Source: an uncultured Candidatus Saccharibacteria bacterium
GTDB lineage: Bacteria > Patescibacteriota > UBA1384 > VFKW01
Direction: 5' to 3'
DNA length: 54,161 nucleotides
Assembly (NCBI GenBank): GCA_964482785.1
Contig: CAYZYR010000002.1
Span: 1 to 54,161, forward strand
In this document: positions 18,898-27,720 of the stretch, piece by piece
Numbering within the stretch: the first letter of the stretch is position 1
How the letters are laid out: each line of letters begins with the position of its first letter
Program-made: the position numbers and the translations under genes
Notes under the pieces: generated by a model
Database searches by the model: none
What the model was told of the DNA's origin: nothing
The model's input: only the letters and a program-made list of their open reading frames with translations

Positions 18898-19473
18898 TTA
18901 TAATTTCATTCTCCCTAAAAACTTAATAAAAGGTTCCGAAATATATTTATCAATATTTTTCCTCTGCCACCACACCAAAAGAGCACTCAAACAGCCCAGG
19001 ATCATTCCCGCCAATATATCAAACGGAAAATGAACTCCCACCCACACGCGTGCAAATCCGATCAAAGCAGCTGCAACAAACAAAATCTTACCCAGTCTCT
19101 TATATCCAAACAAATATAAAGCTAAAGCCAAACCAAAGAGCATCGTCGAGTGATCTGAAGGAAATGAAGTATCCGGCCTATGGAAAATCAATTCTCTCGC
19201 CTCTAACAATGACTGGCTTGGCCTCGGTCTCTCAACCATCACCGCGATGATTTTTGAAAACACGCACCAACCGACTAAAGCCGCTAAAGCCGCCTTGAAC
19301 ACAGCCGATTTATCCGATTTTTGCCAAAACCAAAGACCTACCAACAAAACAGGTATCGCATATACCAAATATTCCGCCAGAAATATAAAAATCCAATCAA
19401 GAAATTTACTGTTGCCAACATATTTCTGCACTTCTAAAAATAAATTGTCGTCAATCCGAAACAACTCGTTCAT
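18898..19473 (-). CDS. PAP2-family phosphatase (BcrC/PgpB-like)
   Basis: KxxxxxxRP (ERPRPS), PSDHS and ARVWVGVHFPFDILAG motifs. Confidence 0.85.
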   Translation of the reverse strand: MNELFRIDDNLFLEVQKYVGNSKFLDWIFIFLAEYLVYAIPVLLVGLWFWQKSDKSAVFKAALAALVGWCVFSKIIAVMVERPRPSQSLLEARELIFHRPDTSFPSDHSTMLFGLALALYLFGYKRLGKILFVAAALIGFARVWVGVHFPFDILAGMILGCLSALLVWWQRKNIDKYISEPFIKFLGRMKL

Positions 19474-19588
19474 ATCTTAACTATAACAAACAAATTCCCA
19501 AAAATCCAACAAATACTTCAAACATTTGCACTTCAAAAATAAACGTCGTACAATATTATTAATATTGCCAAACAACCCAAGGAGGATC

Positions 19589-20551
19589 ATGGATTTAAAA
19601 CAAGCCATCCAACAATTTTTAGAATACTGCGAACTAGAAAAAGGACACTCGCTCTTAACCATCAGAAACTATTCTCAATACCTCACTCGCTTTAGAATTT
19701 GGGGCGAAGATCAAAACATAAAAGCACCCGAAGATATCACCCTGGAAACCATCCGACAATTCCGCCTATATCTAAACCGAATTCAAGACGAAGATGGCAA
19801 AAATCTCAAAAAAATAACCATAAACTATCATCTCATCGCTCTGCGTTCATTTCTAAAATTCATCTCCAAAAAAGATCTCGCCCAAACCCTACAAGCAGAA
19901 AAAATCGAACTAGCAGATACCGACGAAAGACAAATAAATTTTCTCTCCCAAGAAGAAGTCGAATCGCTTCTATCCGCCCCAAACCAATCCACTCTCCAGG
20001 GACTTAGAGACCATGCCGTCATCGAAACCCTATTTTCTACCGGATTAAGAGTCAGCGAGCTTGTAAATCTACAAAGAGAAGAAATCAATCTTGAAAAAGG
20101 CGAATTTTCAGTTCTAGGAAAAGGCGGGAAAGCCCGAGTCGTCTTTCTTTCTGACAGAGCCAAAGACGCTCTAGAAAAATATTTAACCCGAAGAACCGAC
20201 ATCGATCCCTCTGTTTTTATTCGTTTCGGCCGTAAAAAAAATTTAGACCTAGACATAACTCAAGAAGGAAAAAAGCTCACCCCAAGGACCATTCAAAGAA
20301 TTATCCATCATTACGCCATCAAAGCCGGCATCACCAAACCTGTAACCCCCCACACCCTTCGTCACAGCTTTGCTACCGACTTGCTCTCAAACGGCGCTGA
20401 CTTAAGAAGCGTTCAAACATTATTAGGCCACTCTTCCGTCACTACTACTCAAGTTTACACCCATGTAACCGACCCGCAACTCAAAGAAATCCACAAAAAA
20501 TTCCATGGCAGAAAAAGTTCAATCGAACTAAAAGAAGCCAAAGATCTATAA
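19589..20551 (+). CDS. Tyrosine recombinase, XerC/XerD family
   Basis: ATG 19589 follows AAGGAGG (the track start 19526 is unlikely). C-terminal LRHSFATDLLSNGADLRSVQTLLGHSSVTTTQVYTHV carries the catalytic R..H..R/H..Y signature. Confidence 0.9.
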   Translation: MDLKQAIQQFLEYCELEKGHSLLTIRNYSQYLTRFRIWGEDQNIKAPEDITLETIRQFRLYLNRIQDEDGKNLKKITINYHLIALRSFLKFISKKDLAQTLQAEKIELADTDERQINFLSQEEVESLLSAPNQSTLQGLRDHAVIETLFSTGLRVSELVNLQREEINLEKGEFSVLGKGGKARVVFLSDRAKDALEKYLTRRTDIDPSVFIRFGRKKNLDLDITQEGKKLTPRTIQRIIHHYAIKAGITKPVTPHTLRHSFATDLLSNGADLRSVQTLLGHSSVTTTQVYTHVTDPQLKEIHKKFHGRKSSIELKEAKDL

Positions 20552-20574
20552 AAAGCCTTTTTAATGCACAAAAA

Positions 20575-20619
20575 AGTGGCGACTTAATCACAGATTCTAT
20601 CTATAAATCAGGCGCCACT
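20575..20619. terminator. Bidirectional hairpin between xer and the GHKL-like gene
   Basis: AGTGGCG (20575..20581) pairs with CGCCACT (20613..20619). It is flanked by an A-run on the left, which reads as TTTTTT on the minus strand. Confidence 0.45.
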
Positions 20620-20665
20620 ACAATTAGAAACAAAAACACATAAACTATTAAACTATCCTCACCCC

Positions 20666-21313
20666 CTAGGATAGCGGCTTCTTATCACAAACAAGCCACA
20701 CTACCACTTCATCGCTATCCGACCCATCAAATATCACCCGCTTACGGAAGTCCAAGCCTTTCAAAAGCTTATCACAGATCGCAATGCCTCTGCCGCTTTC
20801 GGCATAAAGATCAGCCGGAGCAATATCGAACACATTTTTGCGACCAAAATAAGGATTTGAAATACTCATCATCAAAGTCTCAGAAGAGTTAGAAATCTCA
20901 AGCACAATCGGCAGATCTACGTCATCCGAGTGCTTAAAAGCATCCGTTATCAACTCTCCAACAACTAAGGATAAGTCAGTATAGCAATCTTCATCTCTCT
21001 TCCAGTTCAGCACCGCTGTTAAAATCTCCACTCCAACTCGTTTCAGATCAGAAGCACACGCGTCCCTGTCGCACTTAGCAGCAACAAAGCTGAACCTGAT
21101 GTCGAACTCAACACCAGAACACCGAATCGACGAGTTGCCAGCATTTATCTTCCCCTTCCTTATGCAACAGTGGTCGCTAAAGGAAAAAGACATAGAAATT
21201 GACAAACCAGGGCACTGCCTAAGCTTCAAAAAGGCTTTCTGGATACGCTTCGCGCATCCAAAGCATTTATCACCCTGTGGCGACAGATCCCTAACAGCCT
21301 CATCGCTCATCAT
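20666..21313 (-). CDS. Orphan GHKL/HATPase_c-like protein (RsbW/SpoIIAB-type anti-sigma kinase-like) with a Cys-rich N-terminal region
   Basis: ATGATG at 21313 has AGGAGG 7 nt upstream. The C-terminal half reads LVVGELITDAFKHS...IVLEISN...ESGRGIAICDKLL. The N-box Asn is replaced by Asp. The gene is GC-rich relative to its neighbours. Confidence 0.55.
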   Translation of the reverse strand: MMSDEAVRDLSPQGDKCFGCAKRIQKAFLKLRQCPGLSISMSFSFSDHCCIRKGKINAGNSSIRCSGVEFDIRFSFVAAKCDRDACASDLKRVGVEILTAVLNWKRDEDCYTDLSLVVGELITDAFKHSDDVDLPIVLEISNSSETLMMSISNPYFGRKNVFDIAPADLYAESGRGIAICDKLLKGLDFRKRVIFDGSDSDEVVVWLVCDKKPLS

Positions 21314-21412
21314 TACCAACCTCCTGTCTATAAGTAAAAAGTGCTTTCTCAACTCATCTGTATCACTCCAAAAAAATTTTGTCAAACAAAAAACAAATGT
21401 TAAAATAACCAT

Positions 21413-22156
21413 ATGGAAACAAGTAGCATTCTAAATTTATATTCAAATATTCTCCATTCCGCCTCTCATATAGAAGACGAAAACATGTCATTTCTATGGG
21501 GAGAGCAGCCAGATGTCATGAATTCGCGGATTAATTTTTTATCTAAATTTGACCTCGAACCCGAAAGATCGGTCATGATGTCAGTAGTCCATGGTACAGA
21601 AGTCGCAATTATAGACGAATCCAAACTAGGCTTAGGCATGTATGAACAACAAGATGCTCTCAAAGTCGACGCCTTGATAACCAACAAACCAAAAATAAAT
21701 CTCTGCCTTCTCACCGCCGATTGCCTCCCCATATCTTTCTATGACCCAATTAAAAATATCATCGCCATCTCCCATGCCGGATGGCAAGGTATCGATAAAA
21801 AAATCATAGGCGTTGTCATAGACAAAATGATAGAGAATTTTCAAATTAACCCCGCCGATTTGTGCGTCGAAATAGGCCCTCATATCAAAAAAGATTCCTA
21901 TCAATTTGACAATCTCGTCCAACTAAATGATCCCAACTGGCGATCATATCTGGAAAGGATCACCCTAGAAAAATATTCAATCGATCTGACCGCTTACGCT
22001 CTCAATCAGTTAACCGCCAAAGGCGTCTCAAAAAACAATATTTCAATATCAAATATAGACACCGCTAAAGACGATCAATACTTCTCGCATTACCGCTCAG
22101 CAAATCAAGGCGCTCCAGAGGGAAGATTTCTATCCTTCATCACCATGCTCCAATAG
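21413..22156 (+). CDS. pgeF: PgeF/YfiH (DUF152, laccase-domain) peptidoglycan editing factor / purine nucleoside phosphorylase-like
   Basis: LLTADCLPISFYDP...ISHAGWQG...YFSHYR motifs. Confidence 0.85.
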   Translation: METSSILNLYSNILHSASHIEDENMSFLWGEQPDVMNSRINFLSKFDLEPERSVMMSVVHGTEVAIIDESKLGLGMYEQQDALKVDALITNKPKINLCLLTADCLPISFYDPIKNIIAISHAGWQGIDKKIIGVVIDKMIENFQINPADLCVEIGPHIKKDSYQFDNLVQLNDPNWRSYLERITLEKYSIDLTAYALNQLTAKGVSKNNISISNIDTAKDDQYFSHYRSANQGAPEGRFLSFITMLQ

Positions 22157-22168
22157 CTTCCCATAGGA

Positions 22169-22197
22169 TTGACAATGGCCTCAAAAAATGCTATCAT
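22169..22197 (+). promoter_or_regulatory. Sigma70-like promoter of a 230-bp GC-rich mini-cassette
   Basis: TTGACA (22169..22174), 17 nt, then TATCAT (22192..22197). Confidence 0.4.
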
Positions 22198-22200
22198 AGA

Positions 22201-22332
22201 TTGAGTGTCGAAAGCGCCAAGTCTATCGGCGCCAACAAGCTCCGTAAACTTCTCGGTCTCCCAGCCATAACACCGACCCTCGTCGAAAAGATCGAGGAAG
22301 CCGCGGACGCGCGCATACTAGCCGCCGTCTAA
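22201..22332 (+). other. Possible 43-codon ORF or gene fragment (SVESAKSIGANKLRKLLGLPAITPTLVEKIEEAADARILAAV)
   Basis: Open frame with helical, protein-like composition. The only start candidate is TTG, 3 nt after the -10 box, with no SD. The antisense frame looks like GC-rich noise. Confidence 0.25.
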
Positions 22333-22369
22333 GCATTGCCCCGCCCCACAACTAAATAGCGTTCAGAGC

Positions 22370-22398
22370 AAAGCCCCTGGGAAATTCCCAGGGGCTTT
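22370..22398. terminator. Perfect 14-bp palindrome hairpin between convergent units
   Basis: AAAGCCCCTGGGAA-A-TTCCCAGGGGCTTT. T-runs are weak on both strands. Confidence 0.5.
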
Positions 22399-22455
22399 AA
22401 CTTTCTCAACAAATCTCAAACCAAAAACATCTCGCAGCCTTTAACTTCCTACTTA

Positions 22456-24816
22456 TTAATAACCCGACAACTCCACAATCTTCTCCAAGATTTCCCTCGG
22501 ATAAACAGGCTTCTTCTCCGCCAAGGCCTGATGATAGAAAACCGTCGAAGGCGTCAACCCAGGCAAAGTATTAACTTCAATAATGATCAAATCTCCCCTT
22601 TCCAAATGCATAAAAGCATCAATTCTCGAATATCCGCTAATTCCCAGCCCTTCAGCCGTCTTCTTAATCAAATTCTTCGCCCCTCTCAAAGCTCGCCCGC
22701 AAACCAGAGATTCAGGCGGCAAAGTAATATTCACCCCTGTACCGCCCTGAAATTTTTCCTCTACCGACAGCACCTCACCGTCCGCCACAGTCAGACTCGG
22801 ATTAAAAACACAAATATCATCCTTTTCACCTACAACACCAACCGTAACCTCAAACCACCCGCTCACCGTTCTATGCTTCAGCTTCCCGTTTTTAATCCTG
22901 ATCGAATCCGTCTCTACATATTCCTCAAACATCAAGTCCTCATATTTTTCCTTCGGCATCTCAATTTCTTCGATCTGGCCAGAAAAAACGCCTTTTCTAA
23001 TGCATAATTCTCCCGATTTAACAATTTCAACATACCTTCTAAGATCACCTTCGTTCGACAATTTCACCACCCCGGACGAACAGCCGTCATTCCTCGGTTT
23101 CACGATCACAAATTTCGACCCCAAAAGACACCTCAACTCCTTCCAAGCCTCGCCATAGTCAAATCCCTCCCCAAAGTCAGATATTTTATAAATTTTATTC
23201 TTCGGCACTTTCACGCCCGGTATCCTCAACCGCTCAATCACCTTGTTTGTCAAATATTTATCAGCGCACAATCTCGACACTCGACTATCCGGTCCATTAT
23301 ATTTCACCCCATTCTTCTCCATCAGAGCTTGCAAAACCCCATTCTCCCCCATTCCGCCGTGCAAAGCATTAAACACATATTCAGACTTCCCCAAAAATTC
23401 TTCCAGCCACATTTTAACCGGCTGAAACAACTCAACTTTTTTAACATCCGCCTCCAAAAATAACCTCATTTGAGCTCGCTTTTCCAAATAACTGAGCCTC
23501 TTTTCCCTATCTAAAAAATTCTCGCAATTCTCAACAATCTCCTCAACCGTATGATTCAAAGTCAAAGCATAAGGCAAATGCCAAACCTGTCGTTTTTCAT
23601 CTAACAAATAAGGCTCGGGAGCATATTGCTTAGATTTTCGCAGCTTCAGCCAAACATTCGTCCCACTCATCAAAGAAACCTGTTTTTCCGAGGTCGCCCC
23701 GCCAAACAAAACATTCACCGGCCTTTTATCGCTTTCAACAACCTCCGGGTGGTCAGGAAATTCTATGCCATGTCTCAAACAAGCAGTCCTCACCATATAT
23801 CGTAAAAGTTCATTATGACTCAAACCCACTCGAGACGATTGCTGAAACAAAAAACTATTTTGCTCCATTCCGCTAATCGGATTAAAATCCGAAAACCAGA
23901 TATTTCCATCATCCAAAACCCACCCGTCAAACCTCGCAAAATCCCGCATCCCAAAGCCCGCAAACAATTGTTCCGCCTGAACCTGAATTCTCTCTATAAT
24001 TTCATTCGAAAACCGCGGAGGACAATGATACCTCACCTGACGAGTCGGCAAGTATTTCCTTCTAAAATCAAAAATCTGATGTTCCGTATAATCAGTTTCG
24101 ATCTCCGTCGGGATAAGCCCCACCGGCAAACCAAATTTATTCTGCAAAATAATTACCGTAAATTCTCGCCCTTGAGCAAAAGGCTCCACCACCACTCTTG
24201 TATCCATTCTTTTCGAAAACAGCAATTCCGCTTTTTCCAGCGCTTCGCGAGCAGTCGAAACAGAAAAAACCCCAATACTCGACCCGCCGCTCGCTGGCTT
24301 AACAATAGCGCGCTTAATCCTATATTTATCAAAAAATTCACTAACAACTTTCTCATGATCACCTTTAAAAATCTTCAAAACGACCGACGGCAAAGCATGA
24401 AAACCCATTTCTTTGATCGCCTCATTAGCCCGAAATTTATCAAAAACTTTTTTACAAACTGCACTCGACGTCCCGATATACGGAATTTTCAAACCCTCTA
24501 AAATCAACTGGATCTCCCCATCCTCGCCAAAAGACCCATGCATAACAGGAAAAACAATATCGACTTTCTTCAACACACTAGCCAATTCTTCCTCGCTCAA
24601 AGATCTCGAATTCGCCGCCAGCTTAAAATCAAAATCCGATGGCGTGTTTGAATAAAGCTGCGCCCGCGATATTTTGTAAGCTCTTTTCTTATGATCAAAA
24701 TAAATCGGCTCGATTTCAATATTGTCATCTTGTAAATGATCCATTACCGACCGCGCCGAATTCAGAGAAATTCCCCGCTCAAGTGAAGGCCCCCCGCACA
24801 ATAATCCAATTTTCAT
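22456..24816 (-). CDS. ddl: Tandem fusion of two D-alanine--D-alanine ligase-like (ATP-grasp) modules
   Basis: Module 1 reads MKIGLLCGGPSLERGISLNSA...VFPVMHGSFGEDGEIQ...IVKPASGGSSIGV...FSDFNPISGM. Module 2 reads VNVLFGGATSEKQVSL...FNALHGGMGENGVLQ...IVKPRNDGCSSGV...IIIEVNTLPGLT. 786 aa in total. Confidence 0.85.
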   Translation of the reverse strand: MKIGLLCGGPSLERGISLNSARSVMDHLQDDNIEIEPIYFDHKKRAYKISRAQLYSNTPSDFDFKLAANSRSLSEEELASVLKKVDIVFPVMHGSFGEDGEIQLILEGLKIPYIGTSSAVCKKVFDKFRANEAIKEMGFHALPSVVLKIFKGDHEKVVSEFFDKYRIKRAIVKPASGGSSIGVFSVSTAREALEKAELLFSKRMDTRVVVEPFAQGREFTVIILQNKFGLPVGLIPTEIETDYTEHQIFDFRRKYLPTRQVRYHCPPRFSNEIIERIQVQAEQLFAGFGMRDFARFDGWVLDDGNIWFSDFNPISGMEQNSFLFQQSSRVGLSHNELLRYMVRTACLRHGIEFPDHPEVVESDKRPVNVLFGGATSEKQVSLMSGTNVWLKLRKSKQYAPEPYLLDEKRQVWHLPYALTLNHTVEEIVENCENFLDREKRLSYLEKRAQMRLFLEADVKKVELFQPVKMWLEEFLGKSEYVFNALHGGMGENGVLQALMEKNGVKYNGPDSRVSRLCADKYLTNKVIERLRIPGVKVPKNKIYKISDFGEGFDYGEAWKELRCLLGSKFVIVKPRNDGCSSGVVKLSNEGDLRRYVEIVKSGELCIRKGVFSGQIEEIEMPKEKYEDLMFEEYVETDSIRIKNGKLKHRTVSGWFEVTVGVVGEKDDICVFNPSLTVADGEVLSVEEKFQGGTGVNITLPPESLVCGRALRGAKNLIKKTAEGLGISGYSRIDAFMHLERGDLIIIEVNTLPGLTPSTVFYHQALAEKKPVYPREILEKIVELSGY

Positions 24817-24946
24817 ATCATCCTTTGCAAAAATTAATTATAAAAAATTATCAGTAAAATAATAAATTACACAATAATTATATTCAAAATAAAAATTCTT
24901 TGCAAATTTTTTAAAATATCCAATCAAACTCTTTATTCCGCAACCC

Positions 24947-24975
24947 TGGACATAACCTGATCTATCGTATATCAT
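24947..24975 (+). promoter_or_regulatory. Sigma70-like promoter of the 25011 ORFan
   Basis: TGGACA, 17 nt, then TATCAT. CAGGAGG precedes ATG 25011. Confidence 0.4.
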
Positions 24976-25010
24976 CCTAATATCCATTATTCAGGAGGAA
25001 ACAGATATAA

Positions 25011-25466
25011 ATGAGAGACGGAGATGCGCACGTATACCTGGAGATGCAAGAACTTATACCCTGCAAGCTTTATATAGGAACCTTCGACACCGCTATTGAA
25101 TCATTGTCAATCAACAGACAATTATATTTCCAGCTTGACATCCTTGGAGAAGACCGCTTCAACTTCAAGGTTGTAAAAGATGAAGAGACCTTCATCGAAC
25201 TAAAAAACATAGGTCCAGAAATATCCGAGACAGCAACAGACAGTCTGACAGACGAGCAGCTAATGCTCGTCAGATACTTCTACCCCTCTGTATGTATAGT
25301 TGCCCAAGATATGGCAAATGATTACAGAAACTCTGGCACAATAAAGAGATTGGAGAATTGGTACAGAAGGACTTTCCGAGATGAGTTAGCCTCTCAGCCA
25401 GGAGAAATCAACTTGGTTGAAATGTCCAATGCCGAACTCTACACATTCTGCCAAATCTGCGCCTAA
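25011..25466 (+). CDS. Hypothetical protein (GC-rich ORFan)
   Basis: 151-aa ORF with a good SD and a dedicated terminator. I recognise no family. Confidence 0.6.
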   Translation: MRDGDAHVYLEMQELIPCKLYIGTFDTAIESLSINRQLYFQLDILGEDRFNFKVVKDEETFIELKNIGPEISETATDSLTDEQLMLVRYFYPSVCIVAQDMANDYRNSGTIKRLENWYRRTFRDELASQPGEINLVEMSNAELYTFCQICA

Positions 25467-25487
25467 TAACCCTTCTTCCACACATTC

Positions 25488-25517
25488 AAGCCCGCGGAAC
25501 CTCTTCCGCGGGCTTTT
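25488..25517 (+). terminator. Rho-independent terminator
   Basis: AAGCCCGCGGAA-CCTC-TTCCGCGGGCTT followed by TTA. Confidence 0.6.
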
Positions 25518-25715
25518 ACTACTCAAAATAAATACAAACCAGAAGTCCAAAAAAGCAATTTCACACAAAAAATACCTTGAGCCGATACAGCACAAACCTA
25601 ACTTTATCATAAGAAAACGCGGGATACAGCCAGTCATTCGTTAGAAAACGAAAAACCACCCCCTCCCGCAAAACAGATTCTAGAAGGATCCATGTCCTTC
25701 ATTTTTGTAGAAAAA

Positions 25716-26306
25716 TCACCGTCTCCTTCTGTACCAGCTTGCCATACCAAGCAAACCAGACACAAGAGCAACAACTCCTGACGGCTCAGGTACCGGTGAC
25801 ACCAAGAACATATTTCCCCTGGTTCGCCACTGGCTAGTAGTCGCGTGAAGAGTCTCCAGCGACCAACTGTAGTCCTCACCGGCCGCCAATATTACCGACT
25901 CAACGGCAGTCCCATCCCACCTCTGGCCCGAGATTTGGCATCCCTCCAAAGCGTAGAAGGTCACCTCATACGGCATACCGTCAGTCATCTGGTTCCCACA
26001 CCAAATCCACACCTTCCAATCGCCAACCGCGTTCGGTCCATAAGACGAATACTTCATCCCATCACCCTCAACCGCGCCTGACACGATCAAAAGATAATTC
26101 GGCTCCAAAACCAGAAGTGTGTCACTGGTGTGGTCAGAATACAGAAACACACTACTTTCCGCACCATTAGCATGCCAAATACCAAACCAGCCAGCACAAG
26201 ATCTCGCCATCACCGGACTGCCAACGAGCGCCAACCCGCTAATCAGACCAGCAACCAATACCACCAAAAACAATCTTCTCAACCATATCACCTCTTTTCC
26301 GACCAA
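25716..26306 (-). CDS. Secreted protein with a C-terminal PEP-CTERM sorting signal
   Basis: The C-terminus SPVPEPSGVVALVSGLLGMASWYRRRR has the PEP motif, a TM helix and an Arg cluster. N-terminal signal peptide RRLFLVVLVAGLISGLALVGSPVMA. The likely start is TTG 26282, with AAGAGG 8 nt upstream. Confidence 0.75.
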   Translation of the reverse strand: MVGKEVIWLRRLFLVVLVAGLISGLALVGSPVMARSCAGWFGIWHANGAESSVFLYSDHTSDTLLVLEPNYLLIVSGAVEGDGMKYSSYGPNAVGDWKVWIWCGNQMTDGMPYEVTFYALEGCQISGQRWDGTAVESVILAAGEDYSWSLETLHATTSQWRTRGNMFLVSPVPEPSGVVALVSGLLGMASWYRRRR

Positions 26307-26440
26307 GCATTCAGTCTAAATATATTATAACCAACCATCATCAATTCCAAAACCCCTTACCTCGCATCCCCAAGCTTATTGTCAGCTCTCCTGCTTTCAA
26401 TTCACGATATTTTTAGGTATAATAATCTCAAGGAGACCAG

Positions 26441-26605
26441 ATAGGTATTTCAATATTATTTTTAACTCTCTTAATAATAAGCATAATCTTACTTATTATT
26501 GGCTTTACCAAGAAAAATAAAACTCTAAAAATTTTAGGATCAGTTGGAATATTTCTATTTATTTTTTTTATAATATGGTTAGGATTATTACTCGATAAAA
26601 TGTAG
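26441..26605 (+). CDS. Possible 54-codon two-TM membrane peptide with a non-canonical (ATA/ATT) start
   Basis: AAGGAG lies 5 nt before ATA 26441. The frame IGISILFLTLLIISIILLIIGFTKKNKTLKILGSVGIFLFIFFIIWLGLLLDKM is closed upstream by TAA TAA and has no ATG/GTG/TTG near its 5' end (the only ATG is its last codon). Its stop overlaps the ychF SD. Confidence 0.35.
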   Translation: MGISILFLTLLIISIILLIIGFTKKNKTLKILGSVGIFLFIFFIIWLGLLLDKM

Positions 26606-26613
26606 GAGTAGCA

Positions 26614-27720
26614 GTGTCTTTATCGCTCGGCATCGTCGGCCTGCCAAATGTCGGCAAATCAACACTTTTTAATGCATTAGTCAGAAACGCTCAAGCAGAA
26701 GCGTCAAATTACCCTTTCTGCACCATCGACCCCAATGTCGGTATCGTTGAAGTGCCCGACGACCGCCTTCAAAAACTAACCGAGATCTCTAAAAGCCAAA
26801 AAACCGTTCCCACTGTCATCGAATTTACAGATATCGCCGGATTAGTCCGCGGTGCCCACCAAGGAGAAGGATTAGGCAATCAATTCCTCTCTCATATCCG
26901 CGAAACAGACGCCATCGCCATGGTCGTCCGCTTCTTTGAAAATAAAGACATTGTTCACGTCGCCGGTGTCATTGACCCTGTAGATGACATACACACCATC
27001 AATCTGGAGCTTGTTTTGGCAGATTTATCGATCGTTGAAAAACGCCTTCCCGCCTTCGAAAAAGACGCCAAGTCAGGTTCCACCGAAGCCAAAAAACGCC
27101 TCGCCATCATCCAAAAAATAAAAGAAGGTCTCGACAAAGAAATTCCCGTTCGCTATATTTTCCCTGACCCAACCGAACTCGAGCCAGTAAAAGAGCTTCA
27201 ATTTATAACTTCCAAACCAATTCTTTACATCGCCAACGTCTCAGAAGAGCAGACAAACATCACCCCTGAAAAACTAATTAAGCAATACGGTCTCCACTCA
27301 ATAATAAAAGACAGCCTCCTAATTCCAATCAGTGCCAAGATCGAATCTGAACTAGCCGTCCTTTCGCAGGACGATAGAGATGAATTTCTCAAAGAGCTAA
27401 ATATGACCGAAACAGGCCTGGATTACCTCGTAAAAGCCGCCTACAAGACTCTTGGTCTTATTACCTATTTTACCAGCGGCGAAAAAGAAACTCGTGCCTG
27501 GACTGTCACAAACGATTCTACTGCCCCTCAAGCTGCCGGCAAGATCCACAAAGACTTCGAAAAGGGATTTATCGCCGCCGATGTCATCAAATACGACCAT
27601 TTCGTCAAAAATAACGGCTGGCAAGGTTGCAAAGAAAAAGGTCTCATCAAAACCGAAGGTAAGACCTATCTCGTCCAAGATGGCGATATTATGTTATTTA
27701 AGTTCAACGTCGCTAAATAA
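26614..27720 (+). CDS. ychF: Ribosome-binding ATPase YchF
   Basis: GTG start. GIVGLPNVGKSTLFNAL P-loop, a TGS-like C-terminus and DGDIMLFKFNV. Confidence 0.95.
   Translation: MSLSLGIVGLPNVGKSTLFNALVRNAQAEASNYPFCTIDPNVGIVEVPDDRLQKLTEISKSQKTVPTVIEFTDIAGLVRGAHQGEGLGNQFLSHIRETDAIAMVVRFFENKDIVHVAGVIDPVDDIHTINLELVLADLSIVEKRLPAFEKDAKSGSTEAKKRLAIIQKIKEGLDKEIPVRYIFPDPTELEPVKELQFITSKPILYIANVSEEQTNITPEKLIKQYGLHSIIKDSLLIPISAKIESELAVLSQDDRDEFLKELNMTETGLDYLVKAAYKTLGLITYFTSGEKETRAWTVTNDSTAPQAAGKIHKDFEKGFIAADVIKYDHFVKNNGWQGCKEKGLIKTEGKTYLVQDGDIMLFKFNVAK

Noticed and set aside
19589-21390. Xer recombinase plus adjacent GC-rich gene as an integrative mobile element
   Set aside because: The recombinase is backbone-like in composition with full XerC/D motifs. 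I found no flanking att-like direct repeats and no further mobile-element genes, so a housekeeping Xer is more likely.
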